Source of the DNA: an uncultured Acidobacteriota bacterium | Lineage (GTDB): Bacteria; Acidobacteriota; Thermoanaerobaculia; Multivoradales; UBA5704 | Direction of reading: 5' to 3' | Length of the DNA stretch: 64,000 nucleotides | NCBI GenBank assembly: GCA_963770895.1 | Contig: CAVYRF010000002.1 | Coordinates: 352,001 to 416,000 of the forward strand | Shown: in pieces, positions 49,943-64,000 of the stretch | Layout of the letters: each line of letters starts with the position of its first letter | How positions within the stretch are numbered: the stretch's first letter is position 1 | Position numbers and translations under genes: made by a program | Notes under the pieces: model-generated | Database searches by the model: none | Told to the model about the DNA's origin: nothing | What the model saw: the letters and a program-made list of their open reading frames with translations, nothing else

Positions 49943-50974
49943 CTACTTCCAGAGGAACGAAGGATAACCGTCGAGGTCGCCGCGCAATGTTCGCGCGAGG
50001 AGAGCGGCTTGCAGGTGCGGCAGCAGGCCGAGAGTCGTCTTTTCCCCCAGGAAGGGATGCACGATCTCTTCGTTCTTTCGCTTCTGATATGCCACGAGAA
50101 CGGCCTTGCGGGTGTCGCTGTCCATGGCGACCCCTCCCGATTCTCCCTGGCGGAAGCCGGCGGGACGGACCTGGTTGAGATTGACCAGCGATAGTGCCAG
50201 ACGGTCCGCCAGATAGGCGCGCATCTCTTCCATGAGATCGAGCGCAAGGCCTGGCCGGCCCGGCCTGTCGCGATGGAGAAACCCGACAGCAGGATCGAGC
50301 CCAACGGCTTCGAGCGCGGCCGTGAAGTCGTGCCGCAGCAGTGTGTAGATGAACGAGAGAAGAGCGTTCATGTTATCGAGAGGAGGTCGCCGGCTCCGGT
50401 CGTGGAGAAAGAACGAGTCCTTCTGCTGGACCAAGAGAACGTCGAAGGCCTCGAAATAGGCGCGAGCCGCACTTCCCTCAAGACCACGCAGACCGTCTAC
50501 CGTCAGGTCGGGCGTGAGAGATCGCAGGTGCTGAGCCAGCCTGCTTGCGGCGCTCCGCAGAGCGTCAGCACCTGGATGCTCCGGCCGGTCGCGGAGAGCT
50601 CGCAGGAGAACGGTGCGGCTGTTGGCTAGCTTTGCAGCAAGGATGGCGCGGACGATGGCAGCGGAGCCTACCGGATCGTCGGCGCGGCGATACTGTTCGC
50701 GCCGCAGCAGCACGTTACCGGACACGGGACCCTGGAGACGAGCGAGGAATCTGCCGCTCTCGGTGAGGAACGAGACGGTGACGCCGCGCTCACCGCAGAG
50801 CCCAAGAAGATATGGACTGAAACCGATCTGCCCGAAGCAGACGATGCCGCCCAGAGTGTGGATCGGCACCCGCATGCGAGTCTCCTGGTCGACCCGCACC
50901 GCGACCGCCTCGCCGTCCTTCGCCAGGTAAGCCCCGGCCGTGGTCACAAAGAGTGTGTTCTGATGTCTCCTCAC
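49943..50974 (-). CDS. cas1: Type I-C Cas1
   Basis: NTLFVTT, GNVLLRREQYR, RGLEG, RRPPLDNMNALLSF, GFLHRDRPGR, DLMEE, YPSFLWK. GTG start overlaps the cas4 stop. Confidence 0.97.
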   Translation of the reverse strand: MRRHQNTLFVTTAGAYLAKDGEAVAVRVDQETRMRVPIHTLGGIVCFGQIGFSPYLLGLCGERGVTVSFLTESGRFLARLQGPVSGNVLLRREQYRRADDPVGSAAIVRAILAAKLANSRTVLLRALRDRPEHPGADALRSAASRLAQHLRSLTPDLTVDGLRGLEGSAARAYFEAFDVLLVQQKDSFFLHDRSRRPPLDNMNALLSFIYTLLRHDFTAALEAVGLDPAVGFLHRDRPGRPGLALDLMEEMRAYLADRLALSLVNLNQVRPAGFRQGESGGVAMDSDTRKAVLVAYQKRKNEEIVHPFLGEKTTLGLLPHLQAALLARTLRGDLDGYPSFLWK

Positions 50975-51681
50975 GGAGCGACTCCTTCGTCTTGCCCCTC
51001 TGGAGATGCCGCGATCTGCCGGAGGAAGCGTGCGAGGTAGCGCTGGGCGGAGCTGGCCGGTGCCCCCGGAAGGCAGACGTCGAGCAACGAACAGCGATCG
51101 CACTTCGGCTCGCGGACAGGCATGGGAGTGATACCGCGCCCTACAAGCTCGTGAAAACGTGCCGCCGCGGCTTCGGTGAGCTGGCGAAGACCGTGGTCGA
51201 AGAGCACGTCCATTCGTCGGCGCGGCTGACCGTAGAACAGGGCGCCCGCTGGAACCTCAATCGCCAGCATCTCCTCCAAACAGATTCCTTGGGCGCAGAG
51301 CTGAACCTCGTCGGCTCGGTGGGACTTGGGTCGGCCGCGCTTGTACTCGATCGGGAATGGTCGCCAGAGTCCCTGCAGACCGGGGAGCGGGGCCGCGGCT
51401 TGGACTCCCCCTTCGCCGGGACCGAACCGCCGCAGTTCCACCACGTCGGCCTTGCCCGAAAGCCCGAGACGCGCGCTGCGGAGAGGGAGGCTGCGAACGA
51501 CCCGGAGATCGCCACGGGACTCGTCCGCTCCCCGGTCCGCGCGCTCGTGGAGGTGCGTTCCTTCCACCGTCAGGGCGTTGTCCACCCAAATCTGTTCGAG
51601 GTGGATCAGGGCAGCCTGCCGCTCGCAGAAGAGCAGGTGCTGCAGGCCGGAGAGCGGGAGCAAATCGTCTTCGGTGAACAC
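50971..51681 (-). CDS. cas4: Cas4 exonuclease
   Basis: LQHLLFCERQ, GKADVVE, EYKRG, QLCAQ, CDRCSLLDVC. Confidence 0.96.
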   Translation of the reverse strand: MFTEDDLLPLSGLQHLLFCERQAALIHLEQIWVDNALTVEGTHLHERADRGADESRGDLRVVRSLPLRSARLGLSGKADVVELRRFGPGEGGVQAAAPLPGLQGLWRPFPIEYKRGRPKSHRADEVQLCAQGICLEEMLAIEVPAGALFYGQPRRRMDVLFDHGLRQLTEAAAARFHELVGRGITPMPVREPKCDRCSLLDVCLPGAPASSAQRYLARFLRQIAASPEGQDEGVAP

Positions 51682-51685
51682 GTGC

Positions 51686-52636
51686 TTACCGCAACTCGAG
51701 CAGTGTCACTCCCACCGGCACACGGTCGCGATGGATGGTCACCGCGTAGTCGGCAAATGCGCGGGGCGCTTCGATTTCGGGCTTTTTCTTTACCTCAACG
51801 AGCTCGAACAGCTCGTGAGCCGGAGCGCAGCCAAGCATGGCCTGCCGGCGCCGCTGCGCAGTATCGGTGTCCGTGCCGTCGTGGCGGAAGACGACGAGCG
51901 GCCGGTGAACGCTCATCAGCCCCTTGCTCGCCGAGCGGTCGTGCTCATACATGTTGAGCAGGGCCTCCCAAAGCAGGGCTAGGTCGGCGTCGGAGAACCC
52001 GGTTTCCTGGGCCAGGTGCGCGCTGATGAAGCCGCGGCCCACGAACAGGCCGTAGGGGATGAGTGCCTTGCGGCCCATCGTGCGGAGCTTGTCCTCGGGC
52101 TGCTCGGCCTCCCAGCGGGCGATGTCCGCCGAAGAGCTCGCGCCCTTGACGTTCTCGGCCACCGCCATGCGAGTGATCGAAAGGTCCAGCGGCAGGACCG
52201 GGTCCACCGAACGGGCAAAGGGGATCTGCACCGGTCCGCGCACCTGGCCGGCGTTGGCGCCGGTGCTCATCACCGCGCCGAAAGCTCGCACGTCGAAAAA
52301 GTTCTGGCACATCCAATGCTTCGCCGCATCGACCCTGGCCTTGGAGGAGCCCTTCTTGTCCGCGGCGAGACCGCCTGTTTCCTCGTGAGCGCGGGCGATC
52401 GGGCGGTTGAGGTTCGTCGCGTGTTCGATGAAGATGGCATCGGGCATCTGATTTCCCCGCGCGATCTGCACATAGTTACGGATGCGACGCTTGATCGCCA
52501 CGTCGGACACCAGGCCGATCATCGTCTCCGGGTCGAGACGCGGGGCGTTGCCGGCGTCGGGATCGCCGTTGGGGTTACCGTTGACGCAGTCGAAAAGAAA
52601 GAGGAATTCGTAGCGATTTGCGATCGGCTCAGACAT
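51686..52636 (-). CDS. cas7: Type I-C Cas7 (Csd2)
   Basis: [44 protein letters not shown]. Confidence 0.96.
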   Translation of the reverse strand: MSEPIANRYEFLFLFDCVNGNPNGDPDAGNAPRLDPETMIGLVSDVAIKRRIRNYVQIARGNQMPDAIFIEHATNLNRPIARAHEETGGLAADKKGSSKARVDAAKHWMCQNFFDVRAFGAVMSTGANAGQVRGPVQIPFARSVDPVLPLDLSITRMAVAENVKGASSSADIARWEAEQPEDKLRTMGRKALIPYGLFVGRGFISAHLAQETGFSDADLALLWEALLNMYEHDRSASKGLMSVHRPLVVFRHDGTDTDTAQRRRQAMLGCAPAHELFELVEVKKKPEIEAPRAFADYAVTIHRDRVPVGVTLLELR

Positions 52637-54398
52637 GCTCGGTCTCCTGGGAATTGGCGTCCGGGGTCTCGTCGGCAGGCGCGGCCGCGGCCTTGGGATG
52701 CGAACGGTCGGCGGCGATCTGCTGGTAGTAGCCGAGCGCGAAGACGGTCTGCCGCTCCAGGCTCAGTGTCGTCGGGATTGCCTGCTCGATGCGTCCGAAG
52801 GTGTCGGCGATCCGCCCCTCGTGCCAGCGGGCAAGGCCGCGTTCGAGCTTGTCGAGGTGAAACTGAGAGGTACGCACGAGCTTCCCGAGAACCAGCGCCG
52901 GCGTGGTGCTCGCCGCGGCGTAGTAGCGCTGGACAACTCCGGCTCCGACGTCCCCCAGGGCGCGGTATTGCAGCGTGGCAAGCATCGCGATCAGCCGCCC
53001 GCAGTGATAGGCGGGATCGGGATGGTCCTCATTGAGATAGGGTTTCATCGCGGGATCTCCTTCGCGGATGAGGAAGGCCTTGAGCAGGCCTACACGGGCA
53101 TGGTTGAGCGGTTGATCGGTGACGATGTCGATCTTGAGCCGCGACAGAGTCCGGGCCATAGCCTGCCGCGGAATGCGATCCTGCCGCACGGCGACGTGCC
53201 ACATCGTGGCCTGGAGCGACGGCGGGAGGTCGTCCAGATCTCGCACCAGGGCGCCGAGCACAGCGAGGAGCCTTGGCGGTGGGGCCAGGCCATTTCCGTC
53301 GCGCCGGGAGATAGAAAGGTCCGAGAACCAGTGATCAATGCTGCGCACCAGTTCCTCGAACTGCCCTTCGATCCAATCGCGCACCATCACCCGCCCGGAG
53401 GCACCGGACAGGGTCAGAATGAAGTAGCGGTTGTCGAGGAGGTCAGGACGCGCGCCGCTTTGCAGAGCCCTCAACAGCTCCCGAGCCCGCTGCTGCGCGC
53501 CGGCCTCAACCGTGCCAGCATCGTCGAGGAATGCCAGCGGATCCTCTTCGCGGGGCACGCGGTTCTTGAACCAGTGCACAACCTTGATGCCCACAAGGCG
53601 CTGGCTCTCTTCTTTGAGCAGGTAGTTGAGCGACGCCCGGTACTCGGCGGCGACCTCCTCGGAAACCGGCGCGTTGGCGGCCTGCGAGAGCCCGTAGGAG
53701 CAGAAGGACTCCTGCTTGAAGGCGGCGACGACGTCACCCATGGCTAGGCCACCGACGTCCGCGAGGCCGGCGATCTTCGGGTGGGTGGGCGCGGGCTTTA
53801 CGAGGTCGCCACTGGCCAGGCAGCGGACCAGTTCAGCGGCGTCTCCCTCGCCGGCCTTACGGGGCGGCGCCAGGCTGCGGCGGAACCGGCGCCACCAGTC
53901 GTGCCAAACCGTCGAATCGACGAGGTACGGCGGCGAAGCGCCCAGGACGGAGAACGTCACCTTGTCGGTCGGCTTGGCCTTGCGTGCCTCAAGCTGGGAG
54001 CGGATCTCCGATAGAACGCCTGCGTCCTCAAGAGTCTCCGCGATGCTGGCGAGGACGGGAAGGGTCTTTGCCGCCTGCCGCAGAAGGTCGGTGAAGTAGG
54101 CGTGTTTGGCGAGGAGCTTGGCATCCGGCTCGCCGTCCGTGAGAAGAGTGACGACGTCGGCGGAGTCAGAGAGGAAGTGACGGCAGCCCGGCCCGCCGCG
54201 CTTGATCTCCGGCTGGGAAAGCTCCGGACACTTGCGGAAGGTGACTCCCGGACTCTTCGGGTCCTGGGCGAGAGGGAGAACTTGAAGGAACCGGCCTTCC
54301 TGGCTGCACACCAGGCCCCAGCGGATCACCTTGGGGGCGAACCCTGGCTCGGTCACCAGGTCGTGGCTGCGGGCGTAGCTCACCAGTGCCCCGAGCAT
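52629..54398 (-). CDS. cas8c: Type I-C Cas8c (Csd1)
   Basis: [31 protein letters not shown]. An internal GAAGGAG + ATG at MKPYLNE (~53048) suggests an embedded Cas11. Confidence 0.93.
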   Translation of the reverse strand: MLGALVSYARSHDLVTEPGFAPKVIRWGLVCSQEGRFLQVLPLAQDPKSPGVTFRKCPELSQPEIKRGGPGCRHFLSDSADVVTLLTDGEPDAKLLAKHAYFTDLLRQAAKTLPVLASIAETLEDAGVLSEIRSQLEARKAKPTDKVTFSVLGASPPYLVDSTVWHDWWRRFRRSLAPPRKAGEGDAAELVRCLASGDLVKPAPTHPKIAGLADVGGLAMGDVVAAFKQESFCSYGLSQAANAPVSEEVAAEYRASLNYLLKEESQRLVGIKVVHWFKNRVPREEDPLAFLDDAGTVEAGAQQRARELLRALQSGARPDLLDNRYFILTLSGASGRVMVRDWIEGQFEELVRSIDHWFSDLSISRRDGNGLAPPPRLLAVLGALVRDLDDLPPSLQATMWHVAVRQDRIPRQAMARTLSRLKIDIVTDQPLNHARVGLLKAFLIREGDPAMKPYLNEDHPDPAYHCGRLIAMLATLQYRALGDVGAGVVQRYYAAASTTPALVLGKLVRTSQFHLDKLERGLARWHEGRIADTFGRIEQAIPTTLSLERQTVFALGYYQQIAADRSHPKAAAAPADETPDANSQETEHV

Positions 54399-55123
54399 CA
54401 GACGCTCTCCCCCATTTTCAGCACGTCCGGACTGCCGTAGTCGGGCACCTGGACCACTCCGCCGCGAAGCTTCGCCAGGAACAGGCTCACTGCGGGAGCG
54501 TCGTGCGCCGTGCCCGGGCGGGATAGATCGAAGACGTCGTACAGCATCAATCCCAGGTCCTCGTCCATGACGATCGGACGCGCTGTGTCCCCGGCCTCCA
54601 CAAGCCTGAAGAAGGCCGGCATCTCGCGACAGCCGAAGTACGGCTGAAAGAAGCACTTCCCCTTCTCCGCCCGGCGGCGGAACTGCGCCTCGAGGGCGGT
54701 CTGGCGGCCCTCATGACCGGGCCAGGCAAGGATGTCCGCCTGCAAGCGGTAGCGCACGTCACGCAGCGCCATCGTCTGCCGCTGGGTGCGCCCCTTCTCA
54801 TCGGTACCGAGCAGATCCCGGTCGCCGTCCGCCCACAGCGGCTCTGGCTTCCGCTTGCCGTCTATCCAATCAAGGACGGCGTTGACATTGACCTTGTCCT
54901 TCACCTCATTGCGCCGCAGGGCGATGTAGGCCGGAACGGCGAGCACCTCGATCACCCGCACTGCCCAACGGAATTCCGCCGGCTTGGCGTAGATGGCGTC
55001 GAAGATCCCCCGCGCGGCTGAAGGGGTGATTACAGGATAACTGAAACGCTCCACCTTCAGCTCCGGACGACTGAAGCACGCGAACTCACCCCAGACCTCG
55101 AGCATCTGTCGAGTCGGCGGCAT
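54398..55123 (-). CDS. cas5: Type I-C Cas5 (Cas5d)
   Basis: FACFSRPELKVERFSYPVITPSAARG, RRNEV, PYFGCRE, DLGLMLYD. Confidence 0.96.
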   Translation of the reverse strand: MPPTRQMLEVWGEFACFSRPELKVERFSYPVITPSAARGIFDAIYAKPAEFRWAVRVIEVLAVPAYIALRRNEVKDKVNVNAVLDWIDGKRKPEPLWADGDRDLLGTDEKGRTQRQTMALRDVRYRLQADILAWPGHEGRQTALEAQFRRRAEKGKCFFQPYFGCREMPAFFRLVEAGDTARPIVMDEDLGLMLYDVFDLSRPGTAHDAPAVSLFLAKLRGGVVQVPDYGSPDVLKMGESV

Positions 55124-55220
55124 GACGGCCTCCTTTCGCTGGCTACCTCGCTACTAAATACCAACGCGACGAAAATGTTAACGGGGGCGCACGCGTCAGC
55201 TGCGGCCCGTGGCCGTGGTC

Positions 55221-57512
55221 CTACGCGATCCAGGCGGATTCGCTGGGGCCGGTCAGCCCGGCCAGCTGCGGATCGTAGAGATCCTCGCCGAGCAACACGA
55301 ACCAATCCTTGGACTCCTCGCCCTTCTGGCCGGTGGGCGCCGGCCACAGAAAGTTGCGGAACGGGTCGCCTTCCTTCGGCCGGTAGACGTTCACGGTGTG
55401 CGGACGGGCGCGGCGGACCCACCGGGAGGTCAGCTTACCGGCCGCTTTCAGCTCGTCGACTAGTTCATGGAAACGATCAGGCGCGAAAGGGACAAGAACG
55501 TTGATCGCGTCCTGGTCGATCAGGCGGTAGAGAGTGGCGGTCTGCGCGAAGTCCCAGCGATCGATCGCGCTACCGAGTTCCTTCGCCTTCCCCTGGTCCC
55601 CGGCGGTGAGGCCGGTCTGGTCGTAGAGCGTGGAGTAGTAGAGATCGAAAAGCTCGCACGACTGGAGGTCCATCCCACCTGAACCGCGCGCACGGAGGAG
55701 CAGGCGGGTGATGTCGGCGGCCTGCTGGTAACCGCCCGGCGGATACCGCTCGTCCTCCGGCAGGAAGACCCGGACGGTCCCGAGCCCCGGGAGCAGGCCG
55801 TTGCGGTTGCAGCGCCCGGCGGCCTGCGCAATGGCGTCGAGCGGCCCGAGGGCGCGGAAGACAACAGGGAAGTCAATATCCACGCCGGCTTCCACGCACT
55901 GTGTCGAAATCAGCAGGCAGGGCAGCTTCTGATCCAAACGCTGCCGGACATTGGCGAGGATCCTCTGCCGGTGCGCCGGACAGAGGTTTGTCGACAGGTG
56001 GTAGAGGGCGGGGACCCGCCACGCAAGAAGGAGCGACGCCAGCTGCAGAGCGTGGCGCTTGAGGTTGACGATGCACAGTGCGGTGCCGGCGTCGGCGAGC
56101 TGCGCCGCAAGCGATTCCCACGAGGACGGAGCGTCCGTGTCCCATTGCACGGCGACGCGGCGCGCCCGCTCGAAAAGATCGAGTGAGCTGGGTACGATCT
56201 CGCGCGGCGCCCAGCCGGTGGTGGCGAGCTTCTTCACTCGCGAGTCCAGGCGGGCGAATGCCGGTTGCGTGGCGGTGGCGAAAACGACCGACGAGCCGTA
56301 GCGCGCCGCGAGACGCGACAGGGTCGCCAGGGTCGGAACGGCCAGCTGCGGCGGCAGCGTCTGCACCTCGTCGAGCAGGATCACGCTGCCGGCCAGGCGA
56401 TGGAGCTTGCGGCAGGCCGAAGGACGGTTCGCGAAGAGCGACTCCAGAAGCTGCACGCTGGTGGTGACGACAAGGGGTGCATCCCAGTTCTCCACCAGCC
56501 GCCGCCCCGTCTGCTCGGCCGCACTTTGGCCATCCTCGTCCGGGCCGCTATTTGTGCCGCGGGTGCCCGCCAGGCTGTGATGCTCGAGAACGTAGGACTC
56601 CCCGAGGCGAGCGGCAAACAGGCCTCGATAGATCTGTACCGTCTGCTCGATGATGCTCAGGAAAGGGACGGCCACCACGATCCGGCGAAGGCCATTGGCC
56701 AGAGCATGGTGGAGGGCGAAGGCCAGCATCGCCAGCGTCTTGCCCGCGCCCGTGGGCGCCGACAGAGTGAAGAGGCCTGTTCCTGATCTTCCGGCACCGC
56801 GGCAGGCCTCAAGAAGGTCCGCCCGCAGCCTCGCCACCTCAGCCGCGGACCGGTTCTCGGCCGCCAGTCGCGTCACCGCCGCGTCGAAGAGTGCCAGCGC
56901 CTCGGCAGGTCGTAGCTCCGGGCCAGGCAAGCGATGGATCTTTCGTCCCTCAACCTGGCGCTGGAAGTGCGCCTCGGTCTCCAGGAAATCGGCATCCACC
57001 AGCGCCGAGAAAAGCATCCGGACATCAAGCATCGAGCCCGCCCTGGGATGGCTGCACTCGAACAGCGACCCCGCCAGCTGCGGCAGGCCCAGGCCGTCAT
57101 CGCCGAGCCGGCGTAGCAGCAGGGAGACGTCGGTCTCGGTGACCCGGAGTCCCGCAGGCAAATGCGCCGCGAAGCGCTGAAAATCTCGCATCCCGCGCAG
57201 CGCTTCGTAACTCTGCAGCCCAATGTGATGGCCCTGAACTGCGAAGGCGGCGGCAATACCGTGCACCTGGGCGTGGCCAAGAGCCGCCCGTGCTCCTGCC
57301 GACCAATGGTCAAGACCGCGCTCGAGGCCGCCCAGCCGCCGGGTGAAAAGCTCGCTGTACTTCCCAAGATCGTGCAGCAAGCCGGCAAGCCGCGCCTCAT
57401 CGGCGGCGCCAAACCGGGCAGCAATCCCCGCGGCCGTCTCAGCAACGTCCTGGAGATGGTCCCGCAGCGGCTCCCAATTTTCGCGCTCTGGCGCGGAGTG
57501 CGCGTAGTACAT
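55221..57512 (-). CDS. cas3: Cas3 HD nuclease-helicase
   Basis: YAHS, LLHDLGK, LVDADF, APTGAGKT, DEVQ, TATQP, EAGVDIDF, QAAGRCNR. Confidence 0.97.
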   Translation of the reverse strand: MYYAHSAPERENWEPLRDHLQDVAETAAGIAARFGAADEARLAGLLHDLGKYSELFTRRLGGLERGLDHWSAGARAALGHAQVHGIAAAFAVQGHHIGLQSYEALRGMRDFQRFAAHLPAGLRVTETDVSLLLRRLGDDGLGLPQLAGSLFECSHPRAGSMLDVRMLFSALVDADFLETEAHFQRQVEGRKIHRLPGPELRPAEALALFDAAVTRLAAENRSAAEVARLRADLLEACRGAGRSGTGLFTLSAPTGAGKTLAMLAFALHHALANGLRRIVVAVPFLSIIEQTVQIYRGLFAARLGESYVLEHHSLAGTRGTNSGPDEDGQSAAEQTGRRLVENWDAPLVVTTSVQLLESLFANRPSACRKLHRLAGSVILLDEVQTLPPQLAVPTLATLSRLAARYGSSVVFATATQPAFARLDSRVKKLATTGWAPREIVPSSLDLFERARRVAVQWDTDAPSSWESLAAQLADAGTALCIVNLKRHALQLASLLLAWRVPALYHLSTNLCPAHRQRILANVRQRLDQKLPCLLISTQCVEAGVDIDFPVVFRALGPLDAIAQAAGRCNRNGLLPGLGTVRVFLPEDERYPPGGYQQAADITRLLLRARGSGGMDLQSCELFDLYYSTLYDQTGLTAGDQGKAKELGSAIDRWDFAQTATLYRLIDQDAINVLVPFAPDRFHELVDELKAAGKLTSRWVRRARPHTVNVYRPKEGDPFRNFLWPAPTGQKGEESKDWFVLLGEDLYDPQLAGLTGPSESAWIA

Positions 57513-57733
57513 GGAGCTTCATTATCTCATCACCATCTGCCGGCGCCACTGGCGACAGCTCGCGCCCAAGGCCTGCAAAGCGGTCCCCCGCCAGTCCGGC
57601 AACGCCTGGCCTGAGGCTGCCCGCCTCGCCTCTCGTCCGCCTCCCTTCATCTTGCGGATTGGCCGCCCCTAAGGCCGGGACACTCCGTCTCAACGCTGGC
57701 GCCATCGCCGCCACCATCGAGCGCCATAGCATT

Positions 57734-63563
<5,830 letters not shown>

Positions 63564-63745
63564 TGCGGCTCCCGAAGTATCTGATCCTTATGGGGTAGAA
63601 GTCCAGACTCCGCGAACCTGACAGCCAGCGCCCCGAATCGGCTGACCTATGCCAGCCAAGGACGCACAAAGCCTTGCGAGCTAGTACTTTATGGGCTCCG
63701 CGAAGCTCTGCTGGGAGGAGTTGATAGCTGGCGGTTCGCGGCCGC
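63564..63745 (-). promoter_or_regulatory. CRISPR leader 2
   Basis: Shares tgcggctcc.gaagtatctgat, aagtccaga.tccgcgaacct, ctctgctggg and ggttcgcg blocks with leader 1. Confidence 0.85.
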
Positions 63746-63953
63746 CAATTGTCGTGAGGCGATTCGCGGACCATCGCGCCTCGACGTAGAAGGCGAAACC
63801 TGGCCTCGATCTTGGCAGATTCCTTCCGGGCTCGGGCGGCGATCGCGCCGGGGCCCGGCCACGCTGAATGGCGCTAGACCAGTGCCCAACCGTTTTATTA
63901 GCTTTGCCCGGCCCCCCGGGGGCGGAGCTGCACCGCCAACGCCGTGTTTTCAG

Positions 63954-64000
63954 TTAGTCGTCCAGGTCGTCGGGCAGTACTTCGGAAACCGCGGGCGGCG
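63954..64000 (-). CDS. 3' end of a gene entering from the right edge
   Basis: Minus strand reads ...PPAVSEVLPDDLDD*; too short to identify. Confidence 0.3.
   Translation of the reverse strand, partial: PPAVSEVLPDDLDD

Overview
High-GC bacterial chromosome segment; several protein families suggest Acidobacteriota (Thermoanaerobaculia-like), which is inference only. Left to right: (1) a minus-strand GlgE-pathway alpha-glucan operon (glgE, treS-maltokinase fusion, malQ running off the left edge). (2) A ~12 kb accessory/defence-like island (~7.9-19.7 kb) bracketed by inverted copies of a ~185-bp structured repeat. It holds a secreted coiled-coil protein, an internal duplicate fragment of lhgO, a membrane protein, a small secreted peptide beside a TPR remnant, a SAMHD1/dGTPase-like HD protein coupled to a divergent NrdR-like gene, a Phd-RelE toxin-antitoxin (TA) pair, a class III cyclase-like protein, and integrase and DUF3368 remnants. 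(3) Housekeeping and envelope genes: lhgO, pdxH, ybhB-like, imuA-imuB without dnaE2, two paralogous secreted S-layer candidates, Zn-ADH, typA, esterase-TPR, three AcvB/VirJ units in two ORFs, an ICMT-family methyltransferase, Lrp/AsnC and an M20 peptidase. (4) AbrB plus an internally deleted VapC, an orphan VioB-like protein and an MNT-HEPN TA pair. (5) A complete type I-C CRISPR-Cas locus (cas3-cas5-cas8c-cas7-cas4-cas1-cas2) between two arrays of ~67 and ~88 repeats (counted by eye) with distinct repeat variants and homologous leaders. The best candidate for an undescribed system is the HD-dNTPase + NrdR-like pair in the island. All assignments come from motif recognition by eye; no searches were run.
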